Assembly: GCA_002269645.1 (NCBI GenBank)
Contig: NIVC01000019.1
Location: 1,364,001-1,428,000, forward strand
Origin: Macrostomum lignano
Taxonomy: Eukaryota
Length of the DNA stretch: 64,000 bases
Reading direction: 5' to 3'
How positions within the stretch are numbered: the stretch's first letter is position 1; the number at the start of each line of letters is the position of its first letter. The position numbers and the translations under genes are program-made. The notes under the pieces were generated by a model. The model had not been told where the DNA came from and did not search any database. It saw nothing but the letters and a program-made list of their open reading frames with translations. This document shows, piece by piece, positions 12,855 through 25,281 of this stretch.

Positions 12855-14200
12855 AGTCCTATTGAGCTAGTAGCAGAAAAATAGATTTGTAAGTTCATTG
12901 GTTTGTTGACACCAATGAGATGAGATAGTTTTAACTTTAAAATTTTTGCTAGCATTGCATTTGCATTAATAATTCCAAAAAATGGCATAAGACAAATCAC
13001 AACAAATTTCTTCTGTTTTACTCTGATTGCTAAGGTCTTAAGGCTGGGGGAGGATAGTTGTAATTGTAGTCAAGTGGTCATTTTGTGCACAGTCATTCAA
13101 ATAATAAACACCAAAGTTTTCATACTATAATTATGTACATTTTTTGCTTAGCTGATTACTATCAATAGGGTAGAGCTGCCACCACCATAATTTACATATT
13201 ACAAAACATTTGAAGTCTCAGAGCTTTCTTTGGAATGAGAACTGTTTGGTTGTTTTATGCCCCATAGGCAAATAATTCAAGATAGGCTATGGCTCAGATT
13301 AACTAATTAATGAAGAAATAAATATAGCTTATGCTGATATTATTATTGTCATTTAATGGAAATAAATAGCAGGTTAATAAACTTGAGATTAATTATTTGA
13401 CAAGTAAGATTTCATGGGTGCCTAGGTATGGGGCTAAGGCTTAAAGAGAGTTAAGCACTAGTTGACAAATTAATAATGCCAAATGTAATAAAATAATGTG
13501 GGTAGACAAGGCATGCCGAGCACAAAATATTTGCAGAGTATAAATATTGGATAGACAAATATGCCAACGCATGGGGGCAATACCTTGACAAAACCCAGAC
13601 AGGGAAAGGCCATAGGGGATAGACTAATAGAAAAGCAAAGAAGTGAATGGGAAGAAAACAAAAAAACAGCAAGGGGATATGGGAGGACCAGGAGCAAGGA
13701 ACTAGAGAAAACGTACCCAGGATGGAGAAAAATGACACAGAACAGCCCAGGGATAAAGTAATAGTTCTAGTACTAGTCATGCAGAGTTCATGTACAAAAT
13801 GTTCCATTCAACTTTAATGTCTATTAATTATAGTGTCATCCACTTGCCACACTATAATAGTGCTCAAATATTGTACATTTTCTTAAAAACTAAATCCTTG
13901 CAAAATATTAGTTTAGATACTAGTTTTGTTTTTTTTGTGCTAAATGTCTTTACTCTTTTTTGTTTTAATGCAAAAAATGGGATAATTATTTTCCCTATAG
14001 GAAAAAGTTGTAAAACTGTGGACAGTGTCCGGCGCACTTTTGAAATTTTTCTAAAGCGCAGCGCGCGCACAGGCGCAGCGCCTGCGTGCGTGCTGCCCTT
14101 TCTTACTGGCTGCTGCCTGCTGCTCTAGCAAATACATATACATGGAAATGGGTATAATACCCCTGTTGAAGGGACTTATACACTCGTAATTTATTAAGTT

Positions 14201-14510
14201 TAGAGATGTTCCAAAAATTCAATTTCAATTTTCCAAAATTTGAAATTTTTTAGAGCAGATTTCAATTTCAAAAAATTTTTGAAAATTTTGGTAGTGTCTA
14301 AAAAGTCGCTAAAAATAAACTACTTTCTACTACATATACATGTATTACTTTTTGCTTAAGCAGTAAATTGAAAGTAAAAAAGTGAGTGTTGATTATACTA
14401 AACTTTGTTTTTCTGAATTCTGACCAGATTTCAAGAAATTTCAATTTTGATTTTGGAAAGTTAGCAAATTTTGATTTTGACGATACTGCAGATCTTTCGG
14501 AACATCTCTA
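14201..14510. mobile_element. MITE with TAGAGATGTTCC terminal inverted repeats
   Basis: TAGAGATGTTCC at 14201 and GGAACATCTCTA ending at 14510; no clear TSD. Confidence 0.7.
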
Positions 14511-14951
14511 ATAATCCTAAAGTGCAGTAAAATAGTTTGACTCTTTTCTAAAGCACGCATCCGCGGGTTTTTAACATTTATTCCAAAAGGGATTATTTTT
14601 GTTTTAATTGTATAAAGGGAAAATGAAAAAGAGCCATTTTACTACAAACTATTGATTAAGCAAACAACTCTATCAGAGTTCTACTTTTAAAGAAGTCAAC
14701 TGCTGCTATAATATATTCAATGTTTTACTCCTTGTGCATACTTATTGCAATAATTCTAGTACTACAATGCAGTTAATGGCAAGCTAGAAATATTGTATGG
14801 AGTTCTGACAAAGTCTATAACAAGAGTGTCTATTTAATGTCTGTTAAGATATACTTATGCCCATCAATGTTGTTTAGCATGTTAGGATTAGTTATCTAAT
14901 ATGATAAACACCTTACTTATCTGTGAATTGCATGTACTAAGTGCCGCAAGC

Positions 14952-15170
14952 ATGCAAGCAGGTGCTGCATATTTGCTTCTGTATAATGGTGTGCAGTGCA
15001 TTGGCTGGCTCGCCATCCTACTGTTAGCTGAGCTGTCAGCCATCAACAATGCTCCTCCATATCCTTCTGTCACTACACTGTTGCAACTGTTTCAAACTGC
15101 CGCAGTGCTAGAGATTGTGCACTCCGCTGTGCGCCTGGTTCGATCGCCCGTGTTCACCACGGCTATTCAG
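14952..15170 (+). CDS. HACD: Very-long-chain 3-hydroxyacyl-CoA dehydratase (PTPLA/PHS1 family), exon 1
   Basis: MQAGAAYLLLYNGVQCIGW...FQTAAVLEIVHSAVRLVRSPVFTTAIQ|gtaact; phase 0. Confidence 0.93.
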
Positions 15171-15339
15171 GTAACTGATTCACGGTTTGGACTGTATGTG
15201 AACACTCCGCTAAAATTGTGTAGCAGGGCATGCTTTTACACGACTGATAGTAGGCTCAAACTGCGGAATTTGTCCGTAAATAGGTTAAGTGAAGGCTTTG
15301 TGGGATTCTTTCTAAGCAAAGAACAGTTATCGTCTAGAG

Positions 15340-15475
15340 CAGGGGTCGGCAAACTTTTCCTCAATGACCAGACAGACAGAACCTATCGCAGACTGCGCGC
15401 CAGAGGGGGAGAGAGTAGAGGGAATAGAGAAGAGAGCAGAGAGCATGCATGTCTCTGGCCCGCAGTCTTAGGAGG
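15340..15475 (+). mobile_element. hAT-type MITE fragment with a short internal GA-rich tract
   Basis: CAGGGGTCGGCAAACT terminus; resembles the 7475 element. Confidence 0.5.
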
Positions 15476-15749
15476 CGAGAGGTCTGGCCAAGGCGATTCA
15501 CAAAAATGTCGACCAAAACGACGTAGTACTAATTATGTGACGAGGCATTTAGCCTTGAAAAATGCAGCTATAGTTACTTCTGCCGTTTACCCAAATTACG
15601 TTAAATTTTGCATTAGGGTTTCTCTCATAGGTAAGTCGCATTTCTGGTCAAAAAGTAAATCGCACGGCCGGATTAAATTTCGAAGTTGGGCATTTATGGA
15701 AAATAGATGAGGGAATAAAGGAGAGGAGAGGAGAGAAGGGAGGGGGTGT

Positions 15750-16150
15750 TCTATCTGTAACAGGGTCGGGCTGTGTCTATCTGTAACAGGGTCGGGCTGT
15801 GTCTATCTGTAACAGGGTTGGGCTGTGTCTATCTGTAACAGGGTCGGGCTGTGTCTATCTGTAACAGGGTCGGGCTGTGTCTATCTGTAACAGGGTCGGG
15901 CTGTGTCTATCTGTAACAGGGTCGGGCTGTGTCTATCTGTAACAGGGTCAAGCTGTGTCTATCTGTAACAGGGTCGGGCTGTGTCTATCTGTAACAGGGT
16001 CGGGCTGTGTCTATCTGTAACAGGGTCAAGCTGTGTCTATCTGTAACAGGGTCGGGCTGTGTCTATCTGTAACAGGGTCGGGCTGTGTCTATCTGTAACA
16101 GGGTCGGGCTGTGTCTATCTGTAACAGGGTCGGGCTGTGTCCAATTGCAT
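15750..16150. repeat. 26-bp minisatellite (CTATCTGTAACAGGGTCGGGCTGTGT)n in the HACD intron
   Basis: About 15 near-identical units. Confidence 0.95.
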
Positions 16151-16246
16151 GTAGCCTGGGCTGTGTTCATAACAATCGTTTAGGTTGCCTGTTGTACTTT
16201 TATTCAAGCATGACAATTAAATACTAAATCGCACCTGTGTCCGCAG

Positions 16247-16687
16247 GTGTTCTCCCGGGTGCTGCTAGTGTGGGGCATTCTGTACACGGTGCCGGATCCG
16301 TCAGTGACCGAGTCCATCGGCTGCATGCTGCTCATCATTGCCTGGAGCGTCACCGAGGTCATGCGCTATGGCTACTACGCCTTGAACCTGATCGGCTTCC
16401 GGCCATTCCCCCTGCTGTGGGCTCGCTACAGCCTGTTCATTGTGCTGTACCCAATGGGCGTAACCGGGGAGTTGCTATGCATCTACGCTGCTCTGCCCAT
16501 AATTGGCAAGCGTGGCATCTATTCAATTAGCATGCCGAATAGTTTTAATTTTGCATTCGATTACGGCTACTGCCTGATTGGCATCATGCTGTCCTACCTG
16601 GTGTTCTTTCCCCAGCTCTACTGCTACATGTTTGCTCAGAGAAAGAAAATGCTGCGACTTGAAGATGCCAGACCGCACGCTGATTAA
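16247..16687 (+). CDS. HACD: 3-hydroxyacyl-CoA dehydratase, exon 2 (last); protein is 219 aa
   Basis: ccgcag|VFSRVLLVW...AWSVTEVMRYGYY...RYSLFIVLYPMGVTGE...; family motifs carrying the catalytic Tyr and Glu. Confidence 0.95.
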   Translation: MFSRVLLVWGILYTVPDPSVTESIGCMLLIIAWSVTEVMRYGYYALNLIGFRPFPLLWARYSLFIVLYPMGVTGELLCIYAALPIIGKRGIYSISMPNSFNFAFDYGYCLIGIMLSYLVFFPQLYCYMFAQRKKMLRLEDARPHAD

Positions 16688-16735
16688 CTGGCGACAGTTG
16701 ATGACGATTTGTAGGGGGGGGGATTCGTTTTTTAT

Positions 16736-17418
16736 TAGAGATGGAATGAATCCTTGATTTTTCGAATCTGAAATTTGGAATATTCGGATACTTCATTTTT
16801 TTCGAGTACCAAATATTCAGATCTGTAATTTTTCAGATACCGAATATTCGGATCAATGATTTTCAGAATACCGAATATTCGGATCTCTATGGATTTTCAG
16901 AATACCGAATATTCGGATCTATGATTTTCAGAATACCGAATATTCGGATCAATGATTTTCAGAATCCATAATATTCGGATCTATGATTTTCAGAATACCG
17001 AATATTCGGATCTATGATTTTCAGAATCCAGAATATTCGGATCTATGATTTTCAGAATACCGAATATTCGGATCTATGATTTTCAGAATCCAGAATATTT
17101 GGATCAATGATTTTCAGAATACCGAATATTCGGATCTGTAATTTTCAGAATACCGAATATTTGGATCTGTAATTTTCCGAATACCGAATATTTGGATCTG
17201 GTATTTTCCGAATACCGAATATTTGGATCAATGATATTCAGAATACCGAATATTCAGATCTGTAATTTTCCTAATACCGAATGTTACATAAATGGTTATT
17301 TTTGTTTATTCGGTATTCGGAAATTCTTTAAAAATGAACCAAAAAACTAAACGAAGAGCCAAACTAATGCCACAAAAATGACCGATTTTTCGAAAACCAA
17401 ATATTCGTTTTATCTTTA
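16736..17418. mobile_element. Degenerate TAGAGATG-type MITE whose interior is a about 31-bp minisatellite (TTTTCAGAATACCGAATATTCGGATCTATGA)n
   Basis: Left ATTAGAGATGGAATGAAT versus right-end reverse complement ATTAAAGATAAAACGAAT (transition-only mismatches); array about 16800-17285. Confidence 0.55.
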
Positions 17419-17864
17419 ATTTTGGCCTTGATTTTGAACTGACTTTGTTGTTTTACTAAACATATGACTAGATTTTGTTTCGACTGGCTTCTTTATACTT
17501 GTATTGGAATTGAATTGCGTTTTTTTACTTGCTAGACTACTTACATTGAGTAGTGCGAGCGACGATAAATTCAAGTTAATGATTCATTCCTTTTTGTAGC
17601 GGTAAAATTAGCTTATATAATTATTAGTTTTACCTGTCTTAGCTAATCCGAGGCCTGAGCATCAAAGTAACAAATTGCCTTGCTTGATAGCTCTAATTTT
17701 GACTGCTGATTTCTGTTTGTATCGGGTGCTTGTGTCTCCCGTACAGCTTCTTAATAAAATTGCAATTAGTCAGCGAAGCATCATTTTGCTGTTGTATTTT
17801 CCTTTTTCATTTAGGTTAACTTAACAGCAGTAATACCAAGCCATTTGTACTCCCGTCGAACTAC

Positions 17865-18570
17865 CAAGGTGGGAATTCCCCCGCCTGCAATTATTTTGCT
17901 GCGCAAGCACACGAAATTCAAGAACACGGGCCAACTCTTTGTTGCGCACCTTCTCAAACAAGAATCAAGTCGCCAGCCCTCCGGACCGTCCAGATATTCG
18001 ACGATTCTGCCAGAAGGTCGGATTTTTTCCATAAGCGCTAGTGTATTCAGTACACCCCTGTGCGCCAATCAGCCCTGCGCCTCAGTGCAGCCTTGCCAAG
18101 CCTCCAAATTTTATCAGCACGTCGGCTACATGTGTCTGCATCAGTTCTGACTTCGTTGGTTACTGGCCTTCACCCAGGTGGAGCTTCTGGACCTTCAACA
18201 GGTGGCACCAGGTGACTATGGACACCCTGATGCGGATTTCTCTTGTTTCGCCGATCAAGCCTCGACAATGGGCAAGAATCAACCGCAAGACATTCTCAGC
18301 TAGTCTCTCAAGCATTCCGTCATTATCCCGACGCCGTCGGCACCTTCAACAGATTACACCAGGTGACTATGAGGATTCTGTTGCAACTATGTCAGATTTT
18401 TCTTATCAAGCTTTAATAATGGGCAAAACTCAGCATCCTAGCGGGCTGGCGACTTATTCTTGTTTGAGAAGGTGCTCAACAAAAAAGTTTGCTCGTGTTT
18501 TTGAATTTCGTGGCCTGCGTTGCTCCATTCCGGCGCAGCAAGAAATTATCAGGGGATCTTCCCCCAATTT
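17865..18570. mobile_element. About 700-bp foldback/MITE-like element with about 120-bp terminal inverted repeats
   Basis: Reverse complement of about 17870-17985 (GGGCTGGCGACTTGATTCTTGTTTGAGAAGGTGCGCAACAAAGAGTTGG...) matches about 18443-18565. Confidence 0.75.
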
Positions 18571-18756
18571 ATAAAATTTGAAAGCCTAGATTTTATTAAT
18601 ATTATATACTTATGAAAGCTTATTTCCTATTTTCAGTTCATTTTGGCACGCTGCCAAAATAGCAAGCTCGAAAGACTAATAGGCGCATTAAATAATAGGC
18701 TGCACGATTTTACTAATTTCTAAGCATTGAAGGCTCAACCACACAAGCAGCACACC

Positions 18757-20688
18757 ATGGTTGACGAAGAGGAAATGATGAAAGAACTGGAAGCAATGTA
18801 CGTTGAAGAAGACAAGAAGAAAGGCAAAAAGGCTGGTAAAGCTCCCAAGAAGCCAGCGACAGGCAAGGCTGGTGGTGCTGGGCAAGATGAGAGTCATGAT
18901 GACGAGGCCGGCAAGAAGGAGGAAGCCGAGAAGAAGCCACCGACTGCGGATAGCGGCGACAAGAACGGCGTTGCGGCCAAGGCTGATGCGCCTGTGGCCC
19001 CTGCCGCAGCAGCGCCAGCAAAGAAGACCGAGGCAGAAAAGCGCAAAGAGAAGAAGGAACGTGAGAAAGCTAAAAAGGCAGCAGAAAATGCCGCAAAAAA
19101 GCCAGACAATGAAGCTGAGGCAAAATCTGTCGAGCCGAAGCAGGAGCAGAAACAGCAAGATGAATTTAAAAAGCCTGATGAGGCTGGCAAGGTGGAAGCC
19201 AAGGAAGAAAAGGCGGAAGACGAGGCCGATGGCGAAGGTGCAGGCGAAGGTGGAAAAAGCGAAGAGAAAGAAATGTCTGCTGCCAAAAAGAAAAAGCTAA
19301 AGAAAAAAGAGAAGGAAAAGGAAAAGAAAGCGGCAGCGGCCGCGTCTGGCGGAGCAGCTGCTGGAGGAGGCGAGGCGAAGAAGCCGACCAGCGCTGTGGC
19401 GAAGCTGATCAAGCAGCAGCTGGAGAAGCAGCGCGAGGAAGAGGAAAAGCTGCGCCGCCAGGAAGAGGAGGCCGAACGAAAGCGCGAAGAGGAGCGTCTT
19501 CGTCGCGAGGAAGAAGAGCGGTTGGAGCGCGAGCGCAAGGAGCGGCGCAAGCAAAAAGAAAAGGAGCGTAAGAAGCGACTAAAAGAGGAGGGCAAGCTGT
19601 TAACCCAGAAGCAGAAGCAGGATAGGCAGCGGCTGCAGCAGATGATCCAACTGAGCAGTGTAGAGCTACCGGCAGCTGCTGAAGATGGCGCTGAGCAGCA
19701 AGAACAGAAACCAGCTGAGCAGCAACAGAAAAAGAAGCCGAAATACGAGAAGCTGAAGCGGCGCAAGCCTGCTGCATCGCAGGCAAATCAAGAATCATCG
19801 GAACAAATGCCGGCGCCAATCGAGACTGTGAAGGCGGCCGATGATGCAGTGCCCGAATCATGGGAGGATGCTGCGATGGACACTACGTGGGATAAAATGG
19901 AGACCAACGATGAATGGGCGCCTATTACCACGCCGAAAGAGAAGCAGGCAGGAGCGAAGGCGGCTGCTAAAGACCAGGACGATGATGAAGGATCGTCATC
20001 TGACGACGATGAAGATTCTGATGATGATAACAACGAAGACGAGTCCGAAGAAGAGACCGCCAAAGACGAGGATGTCGATCCTATTGATCGAGCTCGCCAG
20101 CGCATCGCCAAGCGTCGTGAAACCGCAATCGCCAACGCAGAAGCCTTGGTCGACTCGCCGGACGTTGTACTTCGCTGCCCTCTAGTCTGCGTGCTTGGCC
20201 ACGTAGACACTGGCAAGACATCAATCTTAGACAAACTGCGCAGGACCCACGTGCAGGACGGCGAAGCTGGCGGAATCACGCAGCAGATTGGTGCCACCAA
20301 TGTGCCGGCTGCCTCCATACTGACCTCCACACGGATGGTGAAGTCGTTTAATCAAAACGAAATGCGCCTGCCTGGCCTGTTGATTATCGATACGCCCGGC
20401 CACGAGTCGTTTAGCAATTTGCGCTCTCGCGGCTCCAGCCTGTGCGACGTTGCCATCCTTGTCGTTGACATAATGCACGGCATCGAGCCGCAGACTATTG
20501 AAAGCATTCAGCTGTTAAAAGACCGCGGCACTCCGTTTATTGTGGCACTGAATAAAGTCGATCGACTGTACGACTGGCAAAAGAATGCAAATGTGGATGT
20601 GTTTGCCACGCTGAAGAAACAGTCTCAAACCACTAAGAATGATTTCCAGGACAGGCTAAACCAGGTGGTGGCGCAGTTCGCTATGCAG
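18757..20688 (+). CDS. EIF5B: Translation initiation factor eIF5B, exon 1
   Basis: Lys/Glu-rich N-terminus, then G1 GHVDTGKT, GGITQQIGA, G3 DTPGH, G4 NKVD; donor CAG|gttagt; ATG chosen at 18757. Confidence 0.96.
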
Positions 20689-20714
20689 GTTAGTGTGACT
20701 TGCTATCAGTTTTT

Positions 20715-21225
20715 ATGTAACTCGGGTTCACCCGTGAAAGGAATCGCTAGAGTCATTGCGAACAACTCACTAGTGGCTCTAGCGACTCTGAAGCGTCTCT
20801 TGTGGCTTTAAAACGATTTAAACTACTGCAATGCGACGGAGGGTCCTGAAAGTCGCAAAAGAAAAGAGAGTCGTTGCGTCATCGCTAAATTTTCTATTAA
20901 CTCAATTAGACAACGTGGAATTGTTAGCGAAATGCGATTCTTAATCACAAGGTGACGCAGATGCGCTTTAGACTCTAGAACGACTCTATAGCCCCAGAAT
21001 CATCATAGAAGTGCCGCAGAGTCGCAGACAATGAAACGCCTCAAATTGACTCTCAGGCGACTTTTTGGCGACTTGTACGTAACGTTTCATTGTTTTAGAG
21101 TCGTTTAGAGTCACTTCTTTCTTCTGTTTTACCAGTGTTACTGGCAACGACTTTGAAACAAATCTGTGGCAACGCAAGCGACTCTGGGACGCTTCTTGGC
21201 CTGGGTACTGTTTTCATCGGGTCAT
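20715..21225 (-). mobile_element. Second copy of the GAGTCG-rich interspersed element, without the SINE insertion
   Basis: Reverse complement of 21181-21205 is CAGTACCCAGGCCAAGAAGCGTCCCAGAGT, a single copy of the SINE target; body aligns by eye to 3530-3900. Confidence 0.7.
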
Positions 21226-21847
21226 GCGTCTGAAAAGAAGCAAATAGAAATGCCACATCGTCAGACAGATTAAGTACTACAAGAGGCTCCGTGTACCAAT
21301 AGGTTAGACAAAGTCCTTATGTAGTAGCATTGCAGCTTTGTAGATAAGTCGGATTGCTCATTAGATGTCTTCAGATCGTACCAGTGTAGCAATCCTCCTC
21401 TATAGGGCGGCAACACGAGCGTACTACTAAAGTGCTTGATCGGTCTAAGCTGGTAAATCTGCATATTTTCTATTAGAACCTGAAATGACTCCGGTGGCAT
21501 CAGTTAGAACTGGCATATGTAAAAAATCTTGCAACCTCCCGTACTTTCCTGCTATACAAAAGGCAACATGCCATCGTATACCTGGGTTGGCGAGTGAATC
21601 CCGCTGCCCAGGTGAACACGAGCGCCTAGCCAAGCTGGTCTGATATTGACCATCCCCAACCGCTATGAAAAGCAAATCTATGCGGGTTGGCAGCTTATGA
21701 TTGATCGCATCTGCATCCGCGTATTCGGCTGTCCCCATATTATTAATTAATTTACCGCCGGAACCGTTGCTTTCACCTGACTATTCCCTTGACTGCTCAA
21801 ATAATAATCATTTCTGACATTTATTATCCGCCCCGAACACTATGCAG

Positions 21848-22030
21848 GAGTTGAACGTGTGCCTGTCGAATGAGAACAAGAATTTTGACGACTACATCAG
21901 CTTGGTGCCGACTTCCGCTCATTCTGGCGACGGCATGGGCAACCTGATGGCGCACATCTGCGAATTGTCGTTGCGCAAACTCAAGAAACGGCTGGTGTAT
22001 CACGAGGATCTGGAGGCCACAGTTATGGAG
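21848..22030 (+). CDS. EIF5B: eIF5B exon 2
   Basis: cag|ELNVCL...DYISLVPTSAHSGDGMGNL...EATVME|gtaggc; phase 0/0. Confidence 0.96.
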
Positions 22031-22129
22031 GTAGGCAATCGTTTTTTTTCTGTTGGCTTGTAGTGTTCTTTTGAACTTTTTGATGCCAGATTGCCCCAAT
22101 TTTTGGAGGCAGATAGGTCTCCTCTGTCT

Positions 22130-22363
22130 TAGTTGTCACAACCGGCGAGAGGCATTGCTGTCCGTTCCGCCGACTCCCCTGAGCAGGCACACAAGCGCGC
22201 GGATACGTACGCAGTCACACAGGAGTGTATAGCGGCCCTAACTTTATGTATCGTTAGGCATGTACACTTCACTGTGCCTTGGGGGTTGGCCCTCAAGGTC
22301 GTTAATTGCAAGAGCAGAGCCAAGCCGAGATTCCAATTTAGCCCCAAAATTAATGTGACTGCA
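22130..22363 (-). mobile_element. SINE, truncated copy (same family)
   Basis: Reverse complement aligns with the body of 3156-3513; tRNA head and tail missing. Confidence 0.85.
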
Positions 22364-23419
22364 CGTTAGACCCATCTTGAAGGCATCATGAGTAATTGAA
22401 GTTCGCTACGCAATGCTAAAGCTTGAATGCTTGCCTCGGCATCGCCAATGCTTTCAAAGCGCATAATTATTAGAGTACTTCCGTTGTCCAGTCGTTAAAA
22501 AAATGCAGAAAGTGTTGATGCTTATAAAAAGCCCGACTTCAAACGTTGGGACGGCAATGGCGGTCTTTGCTAGTTGCTTTCAAACCTCCGGGCCCTGTTA
22601 TTAGCTTGGGTTAATCAAGTTAGGGCGAGTGTCGCGTACGCATCGTTAGTTAAAAGCTGGACCGCTGCAGCTGAGAGCGGCTGTTGTAGAATTCTGACGG
22701 ACGGGGTTGCTCTCTGATTCTTAGTTGATCCTAATGCAATTTGCCTGTAGCAGTGCTGTGTGAACAGATCTGAAAGCTTGCACTATTCTCACTGCTATAG
22801 CTTGTTTTGATAATCAATCTCTCTCATGAACTTGAGAAGGGATCGTACATGTAAAAAAACATGTAACATGTAACAAGAATAGTCGGTCGTGTGCTGTAGA
22901 ATGCACTACTACTCTGTATGCCTGTCTACTGCATTTGACATTGGCAGTTAGTTTTATTGATTTCTAAAGCTCCGCGTGTGTTTTCCTCTCTCTGTCAGTC
23001 TCTCTGAGCATCTTCATCGCGTCTACCCGGCCTCCCCAAGCAAAATTTCATTGGGAGAAATGGATCGAATGGGAGCGGATTTTTCTCTCCGTTGTGTTCC
23101 ACTCGGCTCACTGTGTGTCCTGTAGCGGCTCGCCACTTTGCTGATGAAGCTCTCTAAGCTTCGCCCCCCCCCAGCCAGTGGGTGAAACAATCGATGATGA
23201 GCTAATTTAAAAGGATTTTCGAACGCCCCTGCTGCCGGGCGGATGCCTGCGTGATGGACAGGGAACGGGTGGGCTGGCTATGCCTGTTTGTTTTCTCATT
23301 TCGTTTTGCTGTTTTTTGCTGAGAGAATTTTCGGCTCGCTTCGTGTGGCGAATATTTTTTGTTTACATTTTTTTGTCTCGGAGTCTTTACTAATTAACCA
23401 GCGAGTTTGTGACATTCTT

Positions 23420-24150
23420 AATTGTGTTTCGGCGATGCATTGAGGCAAATGTTGAGTCAAGTTATTATAGAGCAGTTTAGGCAATGCATAGAGCAGTTTA
23501 GGCAATGCATTGAGGCAATTTTGAGTCAAGTTATTATAGAGCAGTTTAGGCAATGCATAGAGCAGTTTAGGCAATGCATTGAGGCAATTTTGAGTCAAGT
23601 TATTATAGAGCAGTTTAGGCAATGCATAGAGCAGTTTAGGCAATGCATTGAGGCAATTTTGAGTCAAGTTATTATAGAGCAGTTTAGGCAATGCATAGAG
23701 CAGTTTAGGCAATGCATTGAGGCAATTTTGAGTCAAGTTATTATAGAGCAGTTTAGGCAATGCATAGAGCAGTTTAGGCAATGCATAGGGCAGTTTAGGC
23801 ACAGCATAGTGCAGTTTAGGCACAACATAGTGCAGTTTAGGCACAACATAGTGCAGTTTAGGCACAGCATGATGCAGTTTAGGCACAGCATGATGCAGTT
23901 TAGGCACTGCATAGTGCAGTTTAGGCACAACATAGTGCAGTTTAGTCACAGCATGATGCAGTTTAGGCACAGCATGATGCAGTTTAGGCACTGCATAGTG
24001 CAGTTTAGGCAATTAATACAGAAGCTTAGGCAACTCATAGTGCAGTTTAGGCAATTAATACAGAAGCTTAGGCAACTCATAGGGCAGTTTAGGCAATTAA
24101 TACAGAAGCTTAGGCAACTCATAGGGCAGTTTAGGCAATGCATTAGGGAA
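23420..24150. repeat. Composite array: 69-bp units grading into 21-bp and 42-bp units sharing the core GCAGTTTAGGCA
   Basis: Read directly. Confidence 0.92.
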
Positions 24151-24684
24151 GTGAAGTTATTTGGGTGCATCTGTATCGATTAACTGTGCAATGTGTCTGC
24201 GTGTTTTCATTTCTGAATCTGAATATTTCTTATTTAGCTGCAGAATCCAGGCTCCTTTGCTATTCGATTCTCAGCGGCGCAACTCGCCGGGTTTTTTTTC
24301 TAAGCAGCTGCGCCTCTTTGAGCTGCGCCTGCCCAGCTGTCAACAGGCAGATGCATCTCAATAATTCTCTTCCTATTCAACGCTTATTCCAGTTATTGCC
24401 TTGTGTAACTAACTGTTCCACATTTTTGACATGCGTGTGTTTTGTGCGCTCTTAGGCTTTAGCAGCCCGTAAGATTGCTGGTCTGGTTTTTTGCGAACTA
24501 GATCGCTTCACCTCTGTGTTTCTTCTCTTCTTTAAGAGTCTGTTGATGTATCGCGAATCAAGATTCTTGTTTGTGTTCCTGTATTGCCTAGCTAAATGTG
24601 TCCTCTGCGCTTCCCATATCTTTCTGGGCGTTTGTCTTTGATACATGTATACCTCCTTTCTGTCTAATAACTCTTTATATGTGT

Positions 24685-24751
<67 letters not shown>

Positions 24752-24764
24752 GTCGGTCTGTCTG

Positions 24765-24823
<59 letters not shown>

Positions 24824-24824
24824 A

Positions 24825-24887
<63 letters not shown>

Positions 24888-24979
24888 TTCTGTCTGTCTG
24901 TATCTGTCTGTCTGTCTGTCCGTCCGTGTCGGTCTGTCTGTCTGTATCTGTCTGTCTGTCTGTCTGTCCGTCCGTGTCG

Positions 24980-25039
<60 letters not shown>

Positions 25040-25135
25040 TTCTGTCTGTCTGTATCTGTCTGTCTGTCTGTCCGTCCGTGTCGGTCTGTCTGTCTGTATC
25101 TGTCTGTCTGTCTGTCTGTCCGTCCGTGTCGGTCG

Positions 25136-25193
<58 letters not shown>

Positions 25194-25281
25194 GTCTGTC
25201 TGTCTGTCCGTCTGTGTCTGTCTGTCTGTCTGTCCGTCTGTGTCTGTCTGTCCGTCTGTGTCTGTCTGTCTGTCTGTCTGC
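24685..25281. repeat. (TCTG)n microsatellite with internal 152-bp duplication
   Basis: Variant CCGTCCGTGTCGGT at 24920, 24968, 25072 and 25120. Confidence 0.95.

Noticed and set aside
15171-15710. ORF-track extension of HACD to 269 aa
   Set aside because: Read-through past the GT donor at 15171 into intronic TE sequence; family similarity resumes at 16247
18688-20478. Antisense and alternate-frame ORFs over eIF5B exon 1
   Set aside because: Shadows of a GC-rich, biased coding exon
23140-23175. CTGATGA hammerhead-like core (another near 50965)
   Set aside because: No correctly placed GAAA after a stable stem II here; the second site has GAAA but stems do not pair
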